Part shown: in pieces, positions 13,441 to 35,405 of the stretch
Numbering within the stretch: the first letter of the stretch is position 1
Layout: every line of letters starts with the position of its first letter
DNA from: the human T2T-CHM13v2.0 reference genome, Homo sapiens
DNA length: 64,000 bases
Reading direction: 5' to 3' (one strand)
Assembly (NCBI RefSeq): GCF_009914755.1
Contig: NC_060940.1
The notes under the pieces: model-generated
The model's database searches: none
What the model was told of the DNA's origin: nothing
What the model saw: only the letters and a program-made list of their open reading frames with translations
Translations under genes and position numbers: made by a program

Positions 13441-13764
13441 CTCCTGATAACACTTTTGAAGAACATCAGATCAGTCTCATCTCATGCACAGGATGCGTCT
13501 GAAGACCTCACAGCATTCAAAACTTGCATTTTTCAAGACGAGTTTTCCCATAGGCTTTAATGTCAAGTTGGGGGGTATGCAGCCTCGGAAGGCATAAATC
13601 TACAGCCATTATGGCTTAGGGGCATGTTATTAGCAGCATCAGTCTCAAAACGACGTCACCAGCTGTTTTTCTACCTCCTTTCCCATCCCTCCAGCATCCT
13701 TACCTAGCTTTATGAGTATTGGGGGGGATCTTAAAGCCACCCCAGTTGTAATAATATCAACTAA

Positions 13765-14466
<702 letters not shown>

Positions 14467-14936
14467 TAATGTGGGTACTGTCAATATTTCCACTTTACAG
14501 ATGGGGAAATGGAGGTACGGGAGGGGAAAGGGACTTGCCCCAGCACCCAGCCAGGGTTCAGCCCCAGCGGTTCTCTCAATGACTACCCTGTATCGTCTTC
14601 CTTCTCCATCCACCCCTACATCCTCCTTCCCAATTTCTCAGCAGTTCTTTATTGGGAGCACATTGAGTCACGGCTGCTGCTAATTTATAGCTATTTCTTT
14701 ACATCAAACTTCTGTTCAGAAATTGTTGATTTTCAGGGCCATTTCTGCCGCGCAAAGAACCCTTGAGTGACATTGTTATAGGATATTTTTAAAAGATCTT
14801 AAATTATAGACACAGTGACTGTTGAAATACCAGGACACTTGTAACCAAAAGCAGAAGTTCGGATGCCTATAAAACAACCAGACGGTTCACTCCAGGCTGG
14901 AGATTGACAGGTCTCGGGCTTCACTGAGCCAAAGTG

Positions 14937-14950
14937 GCGCCCCCACGTGG
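14937..14950 (-). promoter_or_regulatory. Candidate CTCF site containing an E-box
   Basis: Minus strand reads CCACGTGGGGGCGC, one mismatch to CCACNAGGGGGCGC; contains CACGTG. Confidence 0.45.
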
Positions 14951-15241
14951 CGACAGCTTAACTTTACACAGCTCTCCACCCAACCCCAGCTTTGAAATTA
15001 TGCAAGTTCTTGACAGATTGTTCTAAATTGGGGAATATTTCTTCATATCATTTCACATTTTGTGCAAAAAGCAAGACGTTGTTGAGAGTTTAAGGACACC
15101 ACACTGTCAAATTTGCATTATTCCATGTTGCATAAAATGAGTCTGAGAGCGGTTTCATCGTGGGTCTTAACCCCCAAGGGACAGAGATGCCAGTCCCCGG
15201 GGATTCCTGGACAGCTACTGAGACCTCTTCCCTTCCTATAG

Positions 15242-15390
15242 GATGGCCAGCCGGAGCAGTGACAAGGATGGTGACTCTGTCCACACGGCCAGCGAAGTCC
15301 CGCTGACCCCACGGACCAATTCCCCGGATGGAAGACGCTCGTCCTCAGACACATCCAAGTCTACATACAGCCTGACGCGGAGGATTTCGA
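15242..15390 (+). CDS. SYT17: SYT17 exon 4, Ser-rich linker (MASRSSDKDG...TRRIS)
   Basis: cctatag|G ATG GCC ... TCG A|gtaagt. 149 nt; CT+G completes a Leu codon. Confidence 0.95.
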
Positions 15391-16430
15391 GTAAGTATCT
15401 CTGCTTTACCTTTCTGGGGGCCCTGGCTGGCTTTCCCAGACACTCTCCCACGGAGAGTCATGAAGGGCAGTGTTATTGCTGGGGGAGGGCGGCAGAGTGG
15501 GATGACAGTCCAGGAGACAGGGCGAGAGAGAGATAATGACGGTGTGACAGAGGAGGGCATCACACCTGATTGCTGCTGAGTTTAATCAAAAGCAATCATT
15601 TTGATTGATTTTTGCTTTATTAATTTTAAGTTTGATTGAATTGGCTGAATTGATTAACATTGTCAGTGTATATCATTTCAGATTCTGAAAGATGAGTGTG
15701 GCTATATTATATAGCAGGGTTTGTCAATTCTGGTGACTTTGGGAGCTAGGCGGGTTGCATCAGTGGCCAAGTGCAGAGGTTGCATAGAGATAAACATTGC
15801 CTGAGTGCAGTGACAAATGGCAGCTGCCGCTCTGTCTGGAGAGTTACTAGGGCAGGGTGGGGACTTCGGTCAATTGAAAAGCAAATGCCCCATTGAAAGG
15901 GGGCCAGGGTGTCTGCTACTCAGCTCTGGCCAATGGTAGCTGTATGGGATTGGGGGCTCCGTATTGTCTGATCTTTGTAAAGAGATATTGGCAATCTGGG
16001 TTTTTTTATGTGAAACATTCTTACTTTCAAGCCTAAACAAAATGTATGTGTGGCCATCAAATTTGACCACCCAATTTGTCCACTCTGTTGTGTGGCGTAT
16101 GTGTTTGACCAAACAGCATGATTTGGGTGAGGAGGAAAAAGGAGGACAAACACCCAGAGGCTCCCAACCTCCTTCTGCTCCACAAAAGTATCTCTGCTCT
16201 GTGTGAACCGATGTCTGAAATTCACCAGACAGAGGGAAAAGCTTCAAATGCATGAAACAAATCCATTCAGGTGGAGATCATTGGTGTCCAACCTTTCCTG
16301 GGGATAGAGGGAAAAGAAAAAAGTAGAAAAAAAAAAGAGTTCAAGGGCATGAAATAGTGAAACAGAGGGAGCACTGGATTTCTTTAGGCCTCAGTCTTCC
16401 CATTTGTAAAATGAGAGGGCTGGTCTAGAG

Positions 16431-17400
<970 letters not shown>

Positions 17401-18380
17401 GCCTAGGTAATTTCTAAGTCTCATGCCCAGCTCTGAACACAGGTTATCTCCATTTAGCATACATCTATCAGAGTACCTCCCATGCCTCTGGCAAATGTCT
17501 CATAAAGACAACTGTTTGGGCAATTAGCAAGAATGCCATGAGCTCATTGCTAGAAGAGAGGGATGTGCAAAGGTTGGAATAATGAACTTGGGATCAATGC
17601 ATTCTGCTGGTTCATGGAAGGGAGAGAGGCGGCCCGTAAGCGGTGAGGTTTGAATATGAACCTTGAAGAAGTACAGTCGTTCCCATTTATTGGTCTGTGC
17701 CTACGGGCACATTCTGTGCCATGCTCTTTTCATGCCCTGGCTCAGTGAATCTTCACCACATTCTTTGAGGTAGGTGCCGTTATTGACTCTATTTTACTGA
17801 TGGGAAAACAGAGTCCCAGAGAGTCAAAAGAATATGCCCGGAGTCACATGGCTCACTGGTAATGAGTACACGAGTAGTGAGTAAGTGGCTGAGATGGAAT
17901 TCCACCCAGGCACTCTGGTCCCAGAGCTCACTCTCTTAAAGTGGAGACATCGTAGGATAATGGTTAGAGCCAGACTCTGGGGTCAGCTAGACCAGCCTGA
18001 CCCCTGGCTCCTACACTTGCAAGTGTGTGACCTTCAGAAAGTTACTTAAAGCTTCTGTTTCCTCGTCTATAAAGTGGGGATAATAGTAATTATCTAATAA
18101 TTCAAGGGGATGTGAAGATTGTGATTGCACATATGCGATGATGTAGTGTACACAGTCCATTAGAGCAGTGCCTGGCACTTAGCTGCTGTGATGATGGCAA
18201 GGTGTCAATAGTGCCACCAAACTATCTGTCACAGAATCAGTGAGTATTTCAGAGTGTGGAGAAAGATGGCAAAGGTCATTCTGAAGCAGAGTAAACAATG
18301 CAAGAATCTGCTTACCTGCAAAGTGGCCCAGGTCTGCCCCGTATGTGGCTGTCTTCATTGTTATTTCTGGTGGCTCTCAG

Positions 18381-19000
18381 GTCTTGAGTCAAGACGTCCC
18401 AGCTCTCCACTCATCGATATTAAACCCATCGAGTTTGGCGTTCTCAGCGCCAAGAAGGAGCCCATCCAACCTTCGGTGCTCAGACGGACCTATAACCCCG
18501 ACGACTATTTCAGGAAGTTCGAACCCCACCTGTACTCCCTCGACTCCAACAGCGACGATGTGGACTCTCTGACAGACGAGGAGATCCTGTCCAAGTACCA
18601 GCTGGGCATGCTGCACTTCAGCACTCAGTACGACCTGCTGCACAACCACCTCACCGTGCGCGTGATCGAGGCCAGGGACCTGCCACCTCCCATCTCCCAC
18701 GATGGCTCGCGCCAGGACATGGCGCACTCCAACCCCTACGTCAAGATCTGTCTCCTGCCAGACCAGAAGAACTCAAAGCAGACCGGGGTCAAACGCAAGA
18801 CCCAGAAGCCCGTGTTTGAGGAGCGCTACACCTTCGAGATCCCCTTCCTGGAGGCCCAGAGGAGGACCCTGCTCCTGACCGTGGTGGATTTTGATAAGTT
18901 CTCCCGCCACTGTGTCATTGGGAAAGTTTCTGTGCCTTTGTGTGAAGTTGACCTGGTCAAGGGCGGGCACTGGTGGAAGGCGCTGATTCCCAGTTCTCAG
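18381..19000 (+). CDS. SYT17: SYT17 exon 5, linker plus entire C2A domain
   Basis: ctctcag|GT CTT GAG ... TCT CAG|gtaagg. 620 nt; synaptotagmin C2 motifs LTVRVIEARDL, SNPYVKICLLP, KPVFEERYTF, VVDFDKFSRH. Confidence 0.97.
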
Positions 19001-19249
19001 GTAAGGGATGGGTTTGTGGTGTTTCCTCCTGGGAGCTTTTTTAAAAAGTGATTATTTTTATTTTATTTTACTGTTTAAAAGGCTTTTTTGGATTTTTAAA
19101 ACTTTTTATTTTGAAATAATTTTTGACTCACAAGAGGTTGCAAAAATAGCAGAGAGTTCCTGTGTCCTCTTGATCCAGCATGATAGCATCTTACGCAACC
19201 AGGAAATAGATGTTGGTAACTAACCTAGAGCTTACTCAGATTTCAGTAG

Positions 19250-19483
19250 TTTTTTTTTTTTTTTGAGACGCTCTGTCACCCAGGCTGGAGCGCCGTGGCG
19301 TGATCTTGGCTCACTGCAAACTCCACCTCCCAGGTTCACGCCATTCTCCTGCCTCAGCCTCCTGAGTAGCTGGGACTATAGGCGCCCGCCACCACGCCCT
19401 GCTAATTTTTTTGTATTTTTTTTTTTTTTAGTAGAGATGAGGTTTTCCGTGTTATCCAGGATGGTCTCGATCTCCTGACCTCA
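19250..19483 (-). mobile_element. Truncated antisense Alu within an old L1 fragment
   Basis: TSD agatttcagta/agatttcacta. Confidence 0.85.
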
Positions 19484-19920
19484 AGATTTCACTACTTTTT
19501 ACATGCATCACTCATGTGTGTGTCTTTCTGTGAAAATTTATCACATGTATAGATTCCTGTAACCACCACCACTCTGGAAGCCTTTTTTAAATCATCGATG
19601 CTGAGTTATTTAATAAGGAGAATGATTGCACAGGGTATAAAGCTATCAATCATTTTGACTTTCAGAAATTGATTTTTTTGGGGAAAAAGTGAAGGCTGGA
19701 AAACAGGATGATGCATGGATGTTTTTCAGGCCAACTGTTAGATTGGCTTCCTTCCCCCTGTCCAGCCCAGGGAAATGTGGTTGGCTGCTCGGGAAGCCAC
19801 CCACGGACCAGGCTGTGTCTCCAGTCGGCTGTTGTGCATTCCTGCATATTAGAGGGTAACTGTCTACCCATTGTAGGTAGAAGGATGTGGGGAGCCCAAG
19901 GAAAGGAAAAGACCCAGCCA

Positions 19921-20065
19921 CTCCTTCCTCCTTCCCTCCCTTCCCGCTTCTCTCTTCACTCCCTCCCTCCCTTCCTTCCCTGCTACCCTCTTCCCTCCCT
20001 TTCTCCCTCCTTCCCCTCCTTCCTCCCTCCCCTCCTCCCCTCTTCCCTTCCTTCTCTCCCTGTCC
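19921..20065 (+). repeat. Polypyrimidine (CCT/CCCT-rich) low-complexity tract
   Basis: ~145 nt composed almost entirely of C and T. Confidence 0.9.
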
Positions 20066-20157
20066 TGTGGGATGGCTGTTGTAGGAACAGGGACGGGAGA
20101 TGGAGAAACAGGGGAGGGGGCTTTGGCCACCATGAGGTCAATAAGAGCTGCCTTCCA

Positions 20158-22196
<2,039 letters not shown>

Positions 22197-22561
22197 AAGA
22201 CTCGTTTCATTAAGAATGATCAAAATTGGCCTTGAAAATGGGCACCATATTGAAGACTGAGGTACCATCTCTCAGTAATTCCAATATAGCAGGTCTTGCA
22301 CCGTTGGAGTGGATCAGGATGTATTTGCTCACATTTGGGGAGCAAATGTATTTCAGGCAGAAGTTTTAAATGATGGAATCCACTAGGAAGGTCATGCTAT
22401 ATGAGTATTTCACTTTGAATACCAGACTCATACTAGTGAGGCAAGAAGCTCACACAAAGAGAGGCACTGGAGACTCTGACTGAGGGAAGAATATGCTCCT
22501 ATTGCCCAGCTAATGCTTACTCTGGAAATTATGCTCTTTGAGTGGAAAAGCCGGTTGTCTT

Positions 22562-23403
22562 ACATGCTGCCAACAATCATATGAAAAAGAGCTCATCACT
22601 GATCATTAGAGAAATGCAAATCAACACTACAATGAGATACCATCTCATACCAGTCAGAATGGCTACTATTAAAAAGTCCAAAATAACAGATGCTGGTGAG
22701 GTTATAGAGAAAAAGGAACGCTTATACACTGTTGGTGGGAGTGTAAATTAGTTCAGCCATAGTGGAAGACAGTGTCGCAATTCCTCAAAGACCTAAAGAC
22801 AGAAATACCTTTCCACCCAGCAATCTCATTACTGGGCATATACCCAAAGGAATATAAATTGTTCTATTATAAAGACACATGCATGCGTTATGTTCATTGC
22901 AGCACTATTCACAATAGCAAAGGCATGGAATCGACCTAAATGTCCATCAGTGATAGACTGGATAAAGAAAATGTGGTACATATATACCATGGAATACTAT
23001 GCAGTCATGAAAAAGAACAAGATCATGTCCTTTGCAAGAACATGGATGGAGCTGGAGGCCATTATCCTCAGCAAACTAACACAGGAATGGAAAACCAAAT
23101 ACTCCGTGTTCTCACTTGTAAGTGGGAGCTAAATGCTGAGAACACATGGACACAGAGAGGGGAACAACACACAGTGGGGCCTTTCACAGAATGGAGGGTG
23201 GGAGGAGGGAGAGGATCAGGAAAAACAACTAATGGGTACTAGGCTTAATACCTGGGTGATGAAATAATCTATACAACAATCTGCCATGACACGAGTTTAC
23301 CTATGTAACAAACCTGCACTTATACTCCTGAACTTAAAATAAAAGTTAAAAAAAATTCAGTTCTGCAAAAAAAAAAAAAAAAAAAAAAAAAGAAAGAAAG
23401 AAA
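22562..23403 (+). mobile_element. 5'-truncated L1PA-type LINE-1 (ORF2 C-terminus, 3' UTR, poly-A)
   Basis: ORF2 peptides [14 protein letters not shown] and MFIAALFTIAK; poly-A tail; TSD aagccggttgtctt/aagctggttgtctt. Confidence 0.93.
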
Positions 23404-23460
23404 CAAGCTGGTTGTCTTTGGCCGGGTTCCCTAGAAGCAGAGCCAGAGATGGCGATTTGG

Positions 23461-24500
<1,040 letters not shown>

Positions 24501-25032
24501 CCTGATTGCTGATTTTTGTTAGAAGCTAACATCTGCCTTCACCAAATTGGTTGGTTGGTCAGTGGAATGGAAAGGAGAGGAGGCAGTTGTGTAATGGTAT
24601 ATAAGACAAAGCTATTCAATTTCTTACTTTTAGCCTATTCTAATGGTGTGTGGAGTTGAGCTAATGCTTAGTGTCTAGTTATACTTTCTTCTTGGAAAAC
24701 CCATGTGGAAGATGAATGGGTGGCTTATGGGGCCAGCATATAGGCACCTCCTGGTTCAGGGCAGAACATCCCATCTGTCTTGCAACATCCTACCTGACTG
24801 CATCTTTGATCTTGGCATTCAGGAAACTGGCAGCTAATGGAGCTATGGCATTTTTGGGGTCTCAGTGATAAGGTTGGCTGGAAGATAATGAAAATAAGAC
24901 CATACAGTGAGTAGGACGAGGGGATTGACATAGACATGAAATTACACTGGCTATTTAGAGAAATTCTGCTCATTGGAATGGATTGAAAGCCATTGAAATC
25001 TGTGTAGGCTCAACTCTTTTAAAAAATTATTA

Positions 25033-25790
<758 letters not shown>

Positions 25791-26090
25791 ACTGTGTGTG
25801 TGTTTTTTTAAGCCATAAAAATATCCACGATGTAGGTGGTTCATTTTCTCTTGAGTTCATGTGGTTTGGGGAAGGAAGAACAAGGGCAGTGGAGAGATTA
25901 GATGCCCCGTGGCCATGCGGGAACCTTTCTGAGCATTAGGAAGGATACACAGTTGTATCCATTTGGCAAGGCTCATCCAGTATTCCTAAAGTTTGTGCAT
26001 TTCACTGCATATAAGTTTAATCTAAAAAAAAAAACCCACCATAAACAAACACTGAACTCTGGTTAATGATATGCCGAAATGTGTATGGGT

Positions 26091-26434
26091 GCCATGGTCT
26101 GAAGTTTTCCTAAATTCGTATGTTGAAATCCTAACCCCGAGGGGATGGTATTCAGACGGCCTTTGGGGCGGTGGTTAGGCCATGAGGGCAGAGCTGTTAT
26201 CAATGAGATTAGCGCCCTTGTAAAGAGGCTCCAGAGAGTTGCCTTGCCCCTTCCTCCATGTGGGGCAAAACCAAAAGGTCCCATCTATGAGGAATGGTCC
26301 TCAGCAGACATGAAATCAGCTGGTGGCTTGATCTTGGACTTCCCAGCCTCCAGAAGGGTGAGAAATAAATTCTGTTGTTTTCAAGCCGCCCAGTTGATAG
26401 TATTTTTGTTACAGCAGCCTGAATGGACTAAGAC
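26091..26434. mobile_element. MLT1A-like MaLR LTR
   Basis: tgccatggtctga...ttgatcttggacttcccagcctccaga...gactaagaca. Confidence 0.75.
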
Positions 26435-26584
26435 AGTGAGGAAGTGTACCAATGTCAGCCACTTATTTTGAAATGCATTCAAAAAAGATAGAGTGATAGA
26501 TGGATAGGGAAGAAGCAAATAGAGCATATTTTAAATATAATTACAGCAGTGTTAATATCAGTAACTGTTCATTTCAGAATCTAG

Positions 26585-27500
<916 letters not shown>

Positions 27501-29440
27501 TTAGGTGAGAGGTGGTGATGATCTGGACCCTGTGTAAGGTGGCGGTGACAAAGGATGCAATTTGAAAGCAGAGGCTTTGATGCCCAGAAGCAGCCTTTGA
27601 GGAAACTATAAACAAGGAATATCAAACAGTGCGGGGTCGGTTGGGGGTGGTCAAGTGGGTTTCTACTACTGTGATGGTTCTCTTACTTTAACAAGCATCC
27701 GAATCAGGTGGGAGCTGTGACTGTGGAGCCTCCAGACCTCAGCCTCCCTAATTCTGATTTCCCACATCCTGGGTGAGAGGCCCATGAATCTGCACTTGAG
27801 CCAATGGGCTGGGAGATTCTAATGTAGGTAAACTCTGGACCTCGTTCCGAGAAACACTGGGTGGCTGGTGGAAGGTGAAAGGTGAAAGGTGGAAGGTGGA
27901 AAGGGTTCAGACATTTGACCTGCCCAGACTTGCATCTAAAACTTGGCTCTGCCACTTAGGGGTTGGATGTTGTGATGGTTTCATAAGCTGGCGTGGCAAG
28001 TGCTGTGCCCAGCTGCTTCAGTGGCCGGTGTGCAGGGTGCACCCAATACAGGGCTGCCACTAAGATGATATTTTATGGAGCTGTTCTGGGAAGGAGTAGA
28101 TTCAAGTTAAAGTGCTCTTAGGCATTCATGTAGAAGAGTTCTAAGTCATGTCAGGATGCAGTATCTTACATTACAAAGCCAGATTGCCCACTGAAGAGGA
28201 ATGTTTGATTTGGGCCTAGAAGAAGAAAATATGTTTAGTCAAAAGTGATATTTGCACACTGGAATGCTGGATATTTATGTTTCCGAACATTGCTTCAACC
28301 TGAGATTTGCACTGCCCAAATGAAAGCCTTTTAGACCTTTGATGTCTAGAATTCAGAGCATTGTGGCTTAGGAAGCAGAGTCTGTGCGTGTGGCCACTAA
28401 CTAAGCTGTCTTCTCCAGTGTCTGCTGACACCTGGGAAAGTCATCTGTTATCCTAGGTTGGGTTCCTCTAAAGACAAAGATTTGAGTGCTTGCATTTTCT
28501 TTAGGAAGTGATGCTGAGAAACACCAGAAGAGAAGGGAGGAAATGAGACCAATAAAGTGTCTCACCACTGTGGGCAACTAGAGCTTAATCATACTGGGGA
28601 ACTCAGTGTAGCCTACCCCAGGGGTGAGGGAGCTGGGGTATTTATTCACCGAGTTCCCATGTGGCATGGGTTGCAGGATGCTCCCAAAAGTCCTTAATTC
28701 CCTGGGCACCTCCAACTTGCCTTGTGGGCACAAGTAGGAAAGACTCCACTGGCCGAGAGACCTAAGCAGAGATGTGGGGCTGACAGTAGGCAGTCAACGA
28801 AGTCTGTTCTGGTCGGGGCTAGGTGCTGTGGTGGGCACCTTTAGCGTTGCTACACTTTCTCTTGCCACCCTCAGGGCTCAGAATGCGGCATCTTCCATGC
28901 CTCACCTTCTCCCTGCTTGCCATCTCTCTTCATTTCCCCTTTCCTCTGATCAGGAAGGTGCAATGCAGATGAATAAGAACATTGGCTAAGCGGATACCTG
29001 TAAAGAAAAAGATGCCAGTCCCCCCTTCTTATAGAGGTGCCCAATCTTTGCAAGTGACTGTCTTGGCAGCCATGTCTCTCTCTGAGATTTTGGGGGAACG
29101 GATGACAAAGAAAATCTATAGCTGTCTCCATTCAGCCAATGCTCCCTCTCCCCTCACCCCTTTTACATGTAGATACTGGGAGTAGGGAGGATTGTGAATG
29201 CTGCAGAACCACCTCTCCGCCTCTCACAAATCACAGAGAGAGATGTTGTGTCCCAGATGTTGCTGGCCCCTGGGTACTTCTCCTTGGTCTTCACTTTGGG
29301 CCAGGGCAGCGTGTTCTGGGGTCAACAGGAAACACCCTCACTCAGCATCCTGCTGATGTACAGGAAAAGGTTTGGCCAGCCCCTGGGGCAGAGTAAATAC
29401 CCCATAGACATCAGCATTTGTTGTTATTTCGTGTTGGTAT

Positions 29441-32577
<3,137 letters not shown>

Positions 32578-35053
32578 CAACATGGACTTTTGATTCCTAG
32601 TTATAAAATGAACTAGAAGAGGAACCAGAGGTGATTTGGACCAACTTTCCTGTTATGTAGACTAGAGAACTGCAGCACAGAGAGGTTGAGTGACTTGTCC
32701 AATGTCACATGGCTTTCAGGCAGGAGGTCTTGCTGTACTGTACCAACACTCACTGTACTAACTTCTTTACCCCACAAGGGAGGCGATCTCATGATAGCTA
32801 AGAGCATAGACCCTGGAGTCATACAGACTTGGCTTCAAGTCTTGGCTTTGCCATCCACTAGAGGTGTAGGCTCAGGTGAGTTACTTGTCATCTCTAAGCC
32901 TCAATTTCCTTGTCTGTAAATGGGGATTGTGTGGTGTGCTGGCTCCCAGAGCCAATTGTTAAGTTTTCAGGAATTTTGCAAGCTGGTTAACATCATCACA
33001 TTGATAGCTGGAGACCAGCTATTGTATATGAAATTGACCAGTGTCATAAGTTAGAACCTCTGCCCACCCCACCCCGAGAACTAAAGATTTACCACCACAA
33101 CACTGATCGCAGTAGTACTTAATTTAAAGGGTTATTGTGGGCAGTCAGACTTAGTCGTTATGAAGCATGAAGATCAGAGAGCCTGGCACATGTTTACAGT
33201 GGTACCATATCATGGTCAAAAGCACAGACCTAGTGTCCTTTAATTTTCAGGTCAGAGCCAGCCCAACCACTTCCAGCAGTGTGACCTTGGGTAATTACTC
33301 AATGTCATTGATAATAATCATTGCTAGCTCTCCCTGAGTACTTACCATGGATCAATTACTGTTCTAAGGGCTTTCATTTCCACCCAGGGGCTATTATTAT
33401 TCCCATTTTACAGTTAAAGAAACTCAGGCACAGAAAGTTTGAGTAACTTACCCAAGGCCATGAAGTTAGTGAATGGAGGAGACTGTGTTCCATTGAACAT
33501 GAGGAGGCTGTGTTAACTGTTGCCCTGTCTCACTGAGGCTCAGCTTGTTGGAAAATGGCAAGAATAACAACCCCAACATCAAGGGTCATAGTTAGGCTGT
33601 CATCTGATAATGCCTGTGGCATGAGGCAAGGCCTCAATTAATGTGAACTTCCTACTGGTAACACTAAATAAATGTCAATGTCAGTCATTACCATGATAAT
33701 TACATTGAAGTCTTCCTAGCCAAGAAATTTCAACTCAGTTTGATTGAGGAGAATAAAGTAACAATTGTCATCCAAGCAATTCATCAACTTCATCTGGGAT
33801 TGAGAAGATGAGGCTATGAGCTCTGAGTGGTCGGTGGGTGGGTGGCCCAGGTTTCTGGTGGTAAGCTCCAGAGAGAACATGAAGGGCTTTGTTCAGAGAG
33901 GGAGAAGCTGAATGTTTCCAAGGGCTGTCAACATTGATTGACCACATATGTATGGCAGGTTCTGGGCTATAAACATGAGTGAGAGCCTGGTCCCTGCCCT
34001 TGAGACTCTCATCGTAGTGTAATAAGTATGAGCATTTGTCAGATGTGTCCTGTTTCCTGACACTGTGCAAAGTGTTTTCTATATGTGGTCCCACTGCAGA
34101 CTCACTCAAGCCTGTGAGGTATGGTGACCCTCCTTCATTCTACACAGGAGGAAACTGAGGTCCTGGTTAATGAGTGACTCACCTAAAGTTATTCACGGAA
34201 TGGTGGAGCTTGGACATGAACTTAAACAGGGTGACTTCTGAGCTCAATATTCTTATTACCTGAAGTTGCCTTTGAAAAACAGTCATGGCCCTCAATATCT
34301 ATCATATTAGGCTGGGCACAGTGGCTCACACCTGTAAACCCAGCTCTTTGGGAGGCCAAGGCAGGAGGATGCTTGAGGCCAGGAATCCAAACCAGCCTGG
34401 GCAACAAATCAAGACCCCTTCTCTATAAAATAAAAAATTAACCAGGCATGTTGGTGCACACCTATAGTCCTAGTTACTTGAGAGGCTGAGGCAGGTAGAT
34501 CCCCTGAGCCCAGGAGTTCAAGGCTGCAGTGAGTTATGATTGCACCACTGTACTTCCAACCTGAGTGACAGAGCAAGACCCTGTCTCAAGAAAACAAACA
34601 AACAAACAAAAAAGGATGATATTGATATCTATGAATGAGAAAACTAATGGGGCTATAAGAAAAACGTCTTTACATTTCAAGCAGCAGCAAAACTGACTTT
34701 GGCAGCTTAAGGAAATGACGAATAAGATGATGATAGGCTCATTTATTAAATCTGGGCTGTAAGCCCTTCACATATATTAACCCATTTAATTCCCACAACA
34801 ACCATATGATTGGTGTCTTTACTATCCCTATTGTACAGATAAGAAAACTGAGGCCAGGGAGTTAGGAAACTTGCCCACAGTCATCCAGTTAGTAAATGGC
34901 AGAGCCAGGACTCATGTCAGACTCTCTAGGAGAAAGAGAGGGTGGTATTGAAAGGATAGTGGAGCAGTTTATAGTATCAAAAGAGGTGAATCACCAAGGC
35001 CTCAGGTTAGCTCTGGGAATCTCTAGACTAGGTCCCCATGGACTTCTCTCTAG

Positions 35054-35405
35054 AGCAGTGCAGCCCAACAAATACAACATGGGCTGCATATTAATGGGCC
35101 ATATACATGGGCCCATATACATGACCCTAACTTTAAATTCCTAGGAAACACATTTTAGAAACTAAAAAGAAATAGGTGAAATTTACTGTAATATTATTTT
35201 ATGGAACCCGATACATCCAAAGTGTTATCATTTCCACAAGTCATCAAAGTAAAATATTATTGATGTGAAATTTTACATTCATTTTTCACACTAAATGGTT
35301 GAATCCATTGCCTCTTGTACATTCACAGCACATCTCAATTTGCACTAGCCCTATTCAAGTGTGCAGCAGCCATAAGAGGCAAGGGGTTCCTCTACTGACA
35401 GCAAA
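35054..35405. mobile_element. MER33-like DNA transposon
   Basis: aaaagaaataggtgaaattt...acagcacatctcaatttgcactagcc motifs. Confidence 0.7.

Noticed and set aside
18345-18970. Alternate-frame and antisense ORFs over exon 5
   Set aside because: Shadow ORFs caused by GC3-rich codon usage.
22542-23242. ORFs resembling a real protein (also 51667-52005)
   Set aside because: Fragmented LINE-1 ORF2 C-terminus in 5'-truncated, inactive elements.
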